This document shows positions 13,601-24,800 of a DNA stretch of 64,000 bases, piece after piece; position 1 is the first letter of the stretch; the number at the start of each line of letters is the position of its first letter. Source of the stretch: Eledone cirrhosa (Eukaryota); contig OZ024744.1 in NCBI GenBank assembly GCA_964016885.1, forward strand, positions 1,116,001-1,180,000, in the 5' to 3' direction. The position numbers and the translations under genes are program-made. A model generated the notes under the pieces. The model worked only from the letters and a program-made list of their open reading frames with translations, ran no database searches and was not told the origin of the DNA.

Positions 13601-16600
13601 GTTTTGGGGGAAGACAAGGTAGAGAAAGATAGCTTGGTGAAGAACGACGTTTTGAGGGAAGACAAGGTAGAGAAAGATAGCTTGGTGAAGAACGAAGTTT
13701 TGGGGGAAGACAAGGTAGAGAAAGATAGCTTGATGAAGTACGAAGTTTTGGGGGAAGACAAGGTAGAGAAAGATAGCTTGGTGAAGAACGACGTTTTGTG
13801 GGAAGACAAGGTAGAGAAACATAGTTGGTGAAGAACGAAATTTTGAGGGAAGACAAGGTAGAGAAAGATAGCTTGGTGAAGAACGAAGTTTTGAGGGAAG
13901 ACAAGGTAGAGAAAGATAGCTTGATGAAGAACGAAGTTTTGAGGGAAGACAAGGTAGAGAAAGATAGCTTGATGAAGTACGAAGTTTTGGGGGAAGACAA
14001 GGTAGAGAAAGATAGCTTGGTGAAGAACGAAGTTTTGAGGGAAGACAAGGTAGAGAAAGATAGATTGATGAAGAACGAAGTTTTGAGGGAAGGCAAGGTA
14101 AAGAAAGATAGCTTGGTGAAGAACGAAGTTTTGAGGGAAGACAAAGTATAGAAAGAATGCTTGGTGAAGAACGAAGTTTTGGGGGAAGACAATGTAGAGA
14201 AAGATAGCTTGATGAAGAACGAAGTTTTGGGGGAAGACAAGGTAGAGAAAGATAGCTTGGTGAAGAACGAAGTTTTGGGGGAAGACAAGGTAGAGAAAGA
14301 TAGCTTGGTGAAGAACGAAGTTTTGAGGGAAGACAAGGTAGAGAAAGATAGTTGGTGAAGAACGAAGTTTTGAGGGAAGACAAGGTAGAGAAAGATAGCT
14401 TGGTGAAGAACGACGTTTTGAGGGAAGACTAGTTAGAGAAAGATAGCTTGGTGAAGAACGACGTTTTGAGGGAAGACAAGGTAGAGAAGGATAGCTTGGT
14501 GAAGAACGAAGTTTTGGGGGAAGACATGGTAGAGAAAGATAGCTTGATGAAGTACGAAGTTTTGGGGGAAGACAAGGTAGAGAAAGATAGCTTGGTGAAG
14601 AACGACGTTTTGTGGGAAGACAAGGTAGAGAAACATAGTTGGTGAAGAACGAAATTTTGAGGGAAGACAAGGTAGAGAAAGATAGCTTGGTGAAGAACGA
14701 AGTTTTGAGGGAAGACAAGGTAGAGAAAGATAGCTTGATGAAGAACGAAGTTTTGAGGGAAGACAAGGTAGAGAAAGATAGCTTGATGAAGTACGAAGTT
14801 TTGGGGGAAGACAAGGTAGAGAAAGATAGCTTGGTGAAGAACGAAGTTTTGAGGGAAGACAAGGTAGAGAAAGATAGCTTGATGAAGAACGAAGTTTTGA
14901 GGGAAGACAAGGTAGAGAAAGATAGCTTGGTGAAGAACGAAGTTTTGAGGGAAGACAAAGTATAGAAAGATAGCTTGGTGAAGAACGAAGTTTTGGGGGA
15001 AGACAATGTAGAGAAAGATAGCTTGATGAAGAACGAAGTTTTGGGGGAAGACAAGGTAGAGAAAGATAGCTTGGTGAAGAACGAAGTTTTGAGGGGAGAC
15101 AAGGTAGAGAAGATAGCTTGGTGAAGAACGAAGTTATGAGGGAAGACAAGGTAGAGAAAGATAGCTTGGTGAAGAACGAAGTTTTGGGGGAAGACAAGGT
15201 AGAGAAAGATAGCTTGGTGAAGAACGAAGTTTTGAGGGAAGACAAGGTAGAGAAAGATAGCTTGGTGAAGAACGGAGTTTTGGGGGATGACAAAGTAGAG
15301 AAAGGTAGCTTGGTGAAGAACGAAGTTTTGGGGGAAGACAAGGTAGACAAAGATAGCTTGATGAAGAACGAAGTTTTGGGGGAAGACAAGGTAGAGAAAG
15401 ATAGCTTGATGAAGAACGAAGTTTTGAGGGAAGACAAGGTAGAGAAAGATAGCTTGATGAAGTACGAAATTTTGGGGGAAGACAAGGTAGAGAAAGATAG
15501 CTTGTTGAAGAACGAAGTTTTGAGGGAAGACAAGGTAGAGAAAGATAGCTTGATGAAGAACGAAGTTTTGAGGGAAGACAAGGTAGAGAAAGATAGCTTG
15601 GTGAAGAACGAAGTTTTGAGGGAAGACAAAGTATAGAAATATAGCTTGGTGAAGAACGAAGTTTTGGGGGAAAACAATGTAGAGAAAGATAGCTTGATGA
15701 AGAACGAAGTTTTGGAGGAAGACAAGGTAGAGAAAGATAGCTTGGTGAAGAACGAAGTTTTGAGGGAAGACAAGGTAGAGAAAGATAGCTTGGTGAAGAA
15801 CGAAGTTTTGGGGGAAGACAAGGTAGAGAAAGATAGCTTGGTGAAGAACGAAGTTTTGAGGGAAGAGAAGGTAGAGAAAGATAGCTTGGTGAAGAACGAA
15901 GTTTTGGGGGAAGACAAGGTAGAGAAAGATAGCTTGGTGAAGAACGAAGTTTTGAGGGAAGACAAGGTAGAGAAAGATAGTTGGTGAAGAACGAAGTTTT
16001 GAGGGAAGACAAGGTATAGAAAGATAGCTTGGTGAAGAACGACGTTTTGAGGGAAGACAAGGTAGAGAAAGATAGCTTGGTGAAGAACGACGTTTTGAGG
16101 GAAGACAAGGTAGAGAAAGATAGCTTGGTGAAGAACGAAGTTTTGGGGGAAGACAAGGTAGAGAAAGATAGCTTGATGAAGTACGAAGTTTTGGGGGAAG
16201 ACAAGGTAGAGAAAGATAGCTTGGTGAAGAACGACGTTTTGTGGGAAGACAAGGTAGAGAAACATAGTTGGTGAAGAACGAAATTTTGAGGGAAGACAAG
16301 GAAGAGAAAGATAGCTTAGTGAAGAACGAAGTTTTGAGGGAAGACAAGGTAGAGAAAGATAGCTTGATGAAGAACGAAGTTTTGAGGGAAGACAAGGTAG
16401 AGAAAGATAGCTTGATGAAGTACGAAGTTTTGGGGGAAGACAAGGTAGAGAAAGATAGCTTGGTGAAGAACGAAGTTTTGAGGGAAGACAAGGTAGAGAA
16501 AGATAGCTTGATGAAGAACGAAGTTTTGAGGGAAGACAAGGTAAAGAAAGATAGCTTGGTGAAGAACGAAGTTTTGAGGGAAGACAAAGTATAGAAAGAT

Positions 16601-17470
16601 AGCTTGGTGAAGAACGACGTTTTGGGGGAAGACAATGTAGAGAAAGATAGCTTGATGAAGAACGAAGTTTTGGGGGAAGACAAGGTAGAGAAAGATAGCT
16701 TGGTGAAGAACGAATTTTTGTGGGAAGACAAGGTAGAGAAAGATAGCTTGGTGAAGAACGAAGTTATGAGGGAAGACAAGGTAGAGAAAGATAGCTTGGT
16801 GAAGAACGAAGTTTTGGGGGAAGACAAGGTAGAGAAAGATAGCTTGGTGACGAACGAAGTTTTGTGGGAAGACAAGGTAGAGAAAGATAGCTTGATGAAG
16901 AACGAAGTTTTGGGGGAAGACAAGGTAGAGAAAGATAGCTTGATGAAGAACGAAGTTTTGGGGGAAGACAAGGTAGAGAAAGATAGCTTGGTGAAGAACG
17001 AAGTTTTGAGGGAAGACAAGGTAGAGAAAGATAGCTTGGTGAAGAACGATGTTTTGGGGGAAGACAAGGTAGAGAAAGATAGCTTGGTGAAGAACGAAGT
17101 TTTGGGGGAAGACAAGGTAGAGAAATATAGCTCGGTGAAGAACGAAGTTTTGAGGGAAGACAAGGTAGAGAAAGATAGCTTGGTGAAGAACGAAGTTTTG
17201 GGGGAAGACAAGGTAGAGAAAGATAGCTTGGTGAAGAACGAAGTTTTGAGGGAAGACAAGGTAGAGAAAGATAGCTTGGTGAAGAACGAAGTTATGAGGG
17301 AAGACAAGGTAGAGAAAGATAGTTGGTGAAGAACGAAGTTTTGAGGGAAGACAAGGTAGAGAAAGATAGCTTGGTGAAGAACGACGTTTTGAGGGAAGAC
17401 AAGGTAGAGAAAGATAGCTTGGTGAAGAACGAAGTTTTGGGGGAAGACAAGGTAGAGAAAGATAGCTTGA
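4580..17470. repeat. About 4-kb block (~4580-8610) repeated at +8861 bp (~13440-17470)
   Basis: ORF pairs 4725/13586, 4964/13825, 5300/14161, 5587/14448, 5778/14639, 6257/15118, 6785/15646, 7168/16029, 7407/16268, 7743/16604 and 8462/17323 are all offset by 8861. Shared rare variants include AGGTAA, GAATGC, GACTAGTTA and GACATGG. Confidence 0.9.
5960..13140. repeat. Tandem duplication, period 3641 bp (76 monomers), becoming 3545 bp after a net loss of two monomers
   Basis: ORF pairs 6257/9898, 6785/10426, 7168/10809, 7407/11048 and 7743/11384 give +3641; 8462/12007, 8702/12247, 8893/12438, 9180/12725 and 9419/12964 give +3545. The rare AACGGAG..GATGACAAA..GGTAGC monomer is shared. Confidence 0.9.
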
Positions 17471-20090
17471 TGAAGTACGAAGTTTTGGGGGAAGACAAGG
17501 TAGAGAAAGATAGCTTGGTGAAGAACGACGTTTTGTGGGAAGACAAGGTAGAGAAACATAGTTGGTGAAGAACGAAGTTTTGAGGGAAGACAAGGTAGAG
17601 AAAGATAGCTTGATGAAGAACGAAGTATTGGGGGAAGACAAGGTCGAGAAAGATAGCTTGGTGAAGAACGAAGTTTTGAGGGAAGATAAGGTAGAGAAAG
17701 TTAGCTTGATGAAGAACGAAGTTTTGAGGGAAGACAAGGTAGAGAAAGATAGCTTGATGAAGAACGAAGTTTTGAGGGGAGACAAGGTAGAGAAAGATAG
17801 CTTGATGAAGAACGAAGTTTTGAGGGAAGACAAGGTAGAGAAAGATAGCTTGATGAAGAAGGAAGTTTTGAGGGAAGACAAGGTAGAGAAAGATAGCTTG
17901 ATGAAGAACGAAGTTTTGAGGGAAGACAAGGTAGAGAAAGATAGCTTGGTGAAGAACGAAGTTTTGAGGGAAGACAAGGTAGAGAAAGATAGCTTGATGA
18001 AGAACGAAGTTTTGAGGGAAGACAAGGTAGAGAAAGATAGCTTGATGAAGTACGAAGTTTTGGGGGAAGACAAGGTAGAGAAAGATAGCTTGGTGAAGAA
18101 CGAAGTTTTGAGGGAAGGCAAGGTAGAGAAAGATAGCTTGATGAAGAACGAAGTTTTGAGGGAAGACGAGGTAGAGAAAGATAGCTTGGTGAAGAACGAA
18201 GTTTTGAGGGAAGACAAAGTATAGAAAGATAGCTTGGTGAAGAACGAAGTTTTGGGGGAAGACAATGTAGAGAAAGATAGCTTGATGAAGAACGAAGTTT
18301 TGAGGGAAGACAAGGTAGAGAAAGATAGCTTGGTGAAGAACGAAGTTTTGAGGGAAGACAAGGTAGAGAAAGATAGTTGGTGAAGAACGAAGTTTTGAGG
18401 GAAGACAAGGTAGAGAAAGATAGCTTGGTGAAAACAAAGTTTTGGGGGAACACAAGGTAGAGAAAGATAGCTTGATGAAGTACGAAGTTTTGGGGGAAGA
18501 CAAGGTAGAGAAAGATAGCTTGGTGAGGAACGACGTTTTGTGGGAAGACAAGGTAGAGAAACATAGTTGGTGAAGAACGAACTTTTGAGGGAAGACAAGG
18601 TAGAGAAAGATAGCTTGGTGAAGAACGAAGTTTTGAGGGAAGACAAGGTAGAGAAAGATAGCTTGGTGAAGAACGAAGTTATGAGGGAAGACAAGGTAGA
18701 GAAAGATAGTTGGTGAAGAACGAAGTTTTGAGGGAAGACAAGGTAGAGAAAGGTAGCTTGGTGAAGAACGACGTTTTGAGGGAAGACAAGGTAGAGAAAG
18801 ATAGCTTGGTGAAGAACGAAGTTTTGGGGGAAGACAAGGTAGAGAAAGATAGCTTGATGAAGTACGAAGTTTTGGGGGAAGACAAGGTAGAGAAAGATAG
18901 CTTGGTGAAGAACGACGTTTTGTGGGAAGACAAGGTAGAGAAACATAGTTGGTGAAGAACGAAGTTTTGAGGGAAGACAAGGTAGAGAAAGATAGCTTGA
19001 TGAAGAACGAAGTATTGGGGGAAGACAAGGTCGAGAAAGATAGCTTGGTGAAGAACGAGGTTTTGAGGGAAGATAAGGTAGAGAAAGTTTGCTTGATGAA
19101 GAACGAAGTTTTGAGGGAAGACAAGGTAGAGAAAGATAGCTTGATGAAGAACGAAGTTTTGAGGGGAGACAAGGTAGAGAAAGATAGCTTGATGAAGAAC
19201 GAAGTTTTGAGGGAAGACAAGGTAGAGAAAGATAGCTTGATGAAGAAGGAAGTTTTGAGGGAAGACAAGGTAGAGAAAGATAGCTTGATGAAGAACGAAG
19301 TTTTGAGGGAAGACAAGGTAGAGAAAGATAGCTTGGTGAAGAACGAAGTTTTGAGGGAAGACAAGGTAGAGAAAGATAGCTTGATGAAGAACGAAGTTTT
19401 GAGGGAAGACAAGGTAGAGAAAGATAGCTTGATGAAGTACGAAGTTTTGGGGGAAGACAAGGTAGAGAAAGATAGCTTGGTGAAGAACGAAGTTTTGAGG
19501 GAAGGCAAGGTAGAGAAAGATAGCTTGATGAAGAACGAAGTTTTGAGGGAAGACGAGGTAGAGAAAGATAGCTTGGTGAAGAACGAAGTTTTGAGGGAAG
19601 ACAAAGTATAGAAAGATAGCTTGGTGAAGAACGAAGTTTTGGGGGAAGACAATGTAGAGAAAGATAGCTTGATGAAGAACGAAGTTTTGAGGGAAGACAA
19701 GGTAGAGAAAGATAGCTTGGTGAAGAACGAAGTTTTGAGGGAAGACAAGGTAGAGAAAGATAGTTGGTGAAGAACGAAGTTTTGAGGGAAGACAAGGTAG
19801 AGAAAGATAGCTTGGTGAAGAACGACGTTTTGAGGGAAGACAAGGTAGAGAAAGATAGCTTGGTGAAAACAAAGTTTTGGGGGAAGACAAGGTAGAGAAA
19901 GATAGCTTGATGAAGTACGAAGTTTTGGGGGAAGACAAGGTAGAGAAAGATAGCTTGGTGAGGAACGACGTTTTGTGGGAAGACAAGGTAGAGAAACATA
20001 GTTGGTGAAGAACGAACTTTTGAGGGAAGACAAGGTAGAGAAAGATAGCTTGGTGAAGAACGAAGTTTTGAGGGAAGACAAGGTAGAGAA
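17280..20090. repeat. Tandem duplication, period 1387 bp (29 monomers)
   Basis: ORF pairs 17323/18710 and 17562/18949. Shared private variants are GTCGAG (17643/19030), AAGGAAG and the GTGAAAACAAAG deletion monomer (~18430/19865, with one extra monomer in copy 2). Confidence 0.88.
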
Positions 20091-21819
20091 AGATAGCTTG
20101 ATGAAGAACGAAGTTTTGAGGGAAGACAAGGTAGAGAAAGATAGCTTGATGAAGTACGAAGTTTTGGGGGAAGACAAGGTAGAGAAAGATAGCTTGGTGA
20201 AGAACGAAGTTTTGAGGGAAGACAAGGTAGAGAAAGATAGCTTGATGAAGAACGAAGTTTTGAGGGAAGACACGGTAGAGAAAGATAGCTTGGTGAAGAA
20301 CGAAGTTTTGAGGGAAGACAAAGTAGAGAAAGATAGCTTGGTGAAGAACGAAGTTTTGGGGGAAGACAAGGTAGAGAAATATAGCTCGGTGAAGAACGAA
20401 GTTTTGAGGGAAGACAAGGTAGAGAAAGATAGCTTGGTGAAGAACGAAGTTTTGGGGGAAGACAAGGTAGAGAAAGATAGCTTGGTGAAGAACGAAGTTT
20501 TGAGGGAAGACAAGGTAGAGAAAGATAGCTTGGTGAAGAACGAAGTTATGAGGGAAGACAAGGTAGAGAAAGATAGTTGGTGAAGAACGAAGTTTTGAGG
20601 GAAGACAAGGTAGAGAAAGATAGCTTGGTGAAGAACGACGTTTTGAGGGAAGACAAGGTAGAGAAAGATAGCTTGGTGAAGAACGAAGTTTTGGGGGAAG
20701 ACAATGTAGAGAAAGATAGCTTGATGAAGAACGAAGTTTTGGGAGAAGACAAGGTAGAGAAAGATAGCTTGGTGAAGAACGAAGTTTTGAGGGAAGACAA
20801 GGTAGAGAAAGATAGCTCGGTGAAGAACGAAGTTTTGGGGGAAGACAAGGTAGAGAAAGATAGCTTGGTGAAGAACGAAGTTTTCAGGGAAGACAAGGTA
20901 GAGAAAGATAGCTTGGTGAAGAACGAAGTTTTGAGGGAAGACAAGGTAGAGAAAGATAGCTTGGTGAAGAACGAAGTTTTGGGGGAAGACAAGGTAGAGA
21001 AAGATAGCTTGGTGAAGAACGAAGTTTTGAGGGAAGACAAGGTAGAGAAAGATAGCTTGGTGAAGAACGAAGTTATGAGGGAAGACAAGGTAGAGAAAGA
21101 TAGCTTGGTGAAGAACGAAGTTTTGGGGGAAGACAAGGTAGATAAAGATAGCTTGGTGACGAACGAAGTTTTGTGGGAAGACAAGGTAGAGAAAGATAGC
21201 TTGATGAAGAACGAAGTTTTGGGGGAAGACAAGGTAGAGAAAGATAGCTTGATGAAGAACGAAGTTTTGGGGGAAGACAAGGTAGAGAAATATAGCTCGG
21301 TGAAGAACGAAGTTTAGAGGGAAGGCAAGGTAGAGAAAGATAGCTTGATGAAGAACGAAGTTTTGAGGGAAGACGAGGTAGAGAAAGATAGCTTGGTGAA
21401 GAACGAAGTTTTGAGGGAAGACAAGGTATAGAAAGATAGCTTGGTGAAGAACGAAGTTTTGGGGGAAGACAATGTAGAGAAAGATAGCTTGATGAAGAAC
21501 GAAGTTTTGGGGGAAGACAAGGTAGAGAAAGATAGCTTGGTGAAGAACGAAGTTTTGAGTGAAGACAAGGTACAGAAAGATAGTTGGTGAAGAACGAAGT
21601 TTTGAGGGAAGACAAGGTAGAGAAAGATAGCTTGGTGAAGAACGACGTTTTGAGGGAAGACAAGGTAGAGAAAGATAGCTTGGTGAAGAACAAAGTTTTG
21701 GGGGAAGACAAGGTAGAGAAAGATAGCTTGATGAAGTACGAAGTTTTGGGGGAAGACAAGGTAGAGAAAGATAGCTTGGTGAGGAACGACGTTTTGTGGG
21801 AAGACAAGGTAGAGAAACA

Positions 21820-24800
21820 TAGTTGGTGAAGAACGAACTTTTGAGGGAAGACAAGGTAGAGAAAGATAGCTTGGTGAAGAACGAAGTTTTGAGGGAAGAC
21901 AAGGTAGAGAAAGATAGCTTGATGAAGAACGAAGTTTTGAGGGAAGACAAGGTAGAGAAAGATAGCTTGATGAAGTACGAAGTTTTGGGGGAAGACAAGG
22001 TAGAGAAAGATAGCTTGGTGAAGAACGAAGTTTTGAGGGAAGACAAGGTAGAGAAAGATAGCTTGATGAAGAACGAAGTTTTGAGGGAAGACACGGTAGA
22101 GAAAGATAGCTTGGTGAAGAACGAAATTTTGAGGGAAGACAAAGTAGAGAAAGATAGCTTGGTGAAGAACGAAGTTTTGGGGGAAGACAATGTAGAGAAA
22201 GATAGCTTGATGAAGAACGAAGTTTTGGGAGAAGACAAGGTAGAGAAAGATAGCTTGGTGAAGAACGAAGTTTTGAGGGAAGACAAGGTAGAGAAAGATA
22301 GCTCGGTGAAGAACGAAGTTTTGGGGGAAGACAAGGTAGACAAAGATAGCTTGGTGAAGAACGAAGTTTTCAGGGAAGACAAGGTAGAGAAAGATAGCTT
22401 GGTGAAGAACGAAGTTTTGAGGGAAGACAAGGTAGAGAAAGATAGTTGGTGAAGAACGAAGTTTTGAGGGAAGACAAGGTAGAGAAAGATAGCTTGGTGA
22501 AGAACGACGTTTTGAGGGAAGACAAGGTAGAGAAAGATAGCTTGGTGAAGAACGACGTTTTGGGGGAAGACAAGGTAGAGAAAGATAGCTTGATGAAGAA
22601 CGAAGTTTTGGGGGAAGACAAGGTAGAGAAAGATAGCTTGATGAAGAACGAAGTTTTGGGGGAAGACAAGGTAGAGAAATATAGCTCGGTGAAGAACGAA
22701 GTTTAGAGGGAAGACGAGGTAGAGAAAGATAGCTTGGTGAAGAACGACGTTTTGGGGGAAGACAATGTAGAGAAAGATAGCTTGATGAAGAACGAAGTTT
22801 TGGGGGAAGACAAGGTAGAGAAAGATAGCTTGGTGAAGAACGAAGTTTTGAGGGAAGACAAGGTAGAGAAAGATAGCTTGGTGAAGAACGAAGTTATGAG
22901 GGAAGACAAGGTAGAGAAAGATAGCTTGGTGAAGAACGAAGTTTTGGCGGAAGACAAGGTAGAGAAAGATAGCTTGGTGACGAACGAAGTTTTGAGGGAA
23001 GACAAGGTAGAGAAAGATAGCTTGATGAAGAACGAAGTTTTGGGGGAAGACAAGGTAGAGAAAGATAGCTTGATGAAGAACGAAGTTTTGGGGGAAGACA
23101 AGGTAGAGAAAGATAGCTTGGTGAAGAACGAAGTTATGAGGGAAGACAAGGTAGAGAAAGATAGCTTGGTGAAGAACGATGTTTTGGGGGAAGACAAGGT
23201 AGAGAAAGATAGCTTGGTGAAGAACGAAGTTTTGGGGGAAGACAAGGTAGAGAAATATAGCTCGGTGAAGAACGAAGTTTTGAGGGAAGACAAGGTAGAG
23301 AAAGATAGCTTGGTGAAGAACGAAGTTTTGGGGGAAGACAAGGTAGAGAAAGATAGCTTGGTGAAGAACGAAGTTTTGAGGGAAGACAAGGTAGAGAAAG
23401 ATAGCTTGGTGAAGAACGAAGTTATGAGGGAAGACAAGGTAGAGAAAGATAGTTGGTGAAGAACGAAGTTTTGAGGGAAGACAAGGTAGAGAAAGATAGC
23501 TTGGTGAAGAACGACGTTTTGAGGGAAGACAAGGTAGAGAAAGATAGCTTGGTGAAGAACGAAGTTTTGGGGTAAGACAAGATAGAGAAAGATAGCTTGA
23601 TGAAGTACGAAGTTTTGGGGGAAGACAAGGTAGAGAAAGATAGCTTGGTGAAGAACGACGTTTTGTGGGAAGACAAGGTAGAGAAACATAGTTGGTGAAG
23701 AACGAAGTTTTGAGGCAAGACAAGGTAGAGAAAGATAGCTTGATGAAGAACGAAGTATTGAGGGAAGACAAGGTAGAGAAAGATAGCTTGGTGAAGAACG
23801 AAGTTTTGAGGGAAGATAAGGTAGAGAAAGATAGCTTGATGAAGAACGAAGTTTTGAGGGAAGACAAGGTAGAGAAAGATAGCTTGATGAAGAACGAAGT
23901 TTTGAGGGAAGACAAGGTAGAGAAAGATAGCTTGATGAAGAACGAAGTTTTGAGGGAAGACAAGGTAGAGAAAGATAGCTTGATGAAGAACGAAGTTTTG
24001 AGGGAAGACAAGGTAGAGAAAGATAGCTTGATGAAGAACGAAGTTTTGAGGGAAGACAAGGTAGAGAAAGATAGCTTGGTGAAGAACGAAGTTTTGAGGG
24101 AAGACAAGGTAGAGAAAGATAGCTTGATGAAGAACGAAGTTTTGAGGGAAGACAAGGTAGAGAAAGATAGCTTGATGAAGTACGAAGTTTTGGGGGAAGA
24201 CAAGGTAGAGAAAGATAGCTTGGTGAAGAACGAAGTTTTGAGGGAAGGCAAGGTAGAGAAAGATAGCTTGATGAAGAACGAAGTTTTGAGGGAAGACAAG
24301 GTAGAGAAAGATAGCTTGGTGAAGAACGAAGTTTTGAGGGAAGACAAAGTATAGAAAGATAGCTTGGTGAAGAACGAAGTTTTGGGGGAAGACAATGTAG
24401 AGAAAGATAGCTTGATGAAGAACGAAGTTTTGGGGGAAGACAAGGTAGAGAAAGATAGCTTGGTGAAGAAAGAAGTTTTGAGGGAAGACAAGGTAGAGAA
24501 AGATAGTTGGTGAAGAACGAAGTTTTGAGGGAAGAAAAGGTAGAGAAAGATAGCTTGGTGAAGAACGACGTTTTGAGGGAAGACAAGGTAGAGAAAGATA
24601 GCTTGGTGAAGAACAATGTTTTGGGGGAAGACAAGGTAGAGAAAGATAGCTTGATGAAGTACGAAGTTTTGGGGGAAGACAAGGTAGAGAAAGATAGCTT
24701 GGTGAGGAACGACGTTTTGTGGGAAGACAAGGTAGAGAAACATAGTTGGTGAAGAACGAAGTTTTGAGGGAAGACAAGGTAGAGAAAGATAGCTTGGTGA

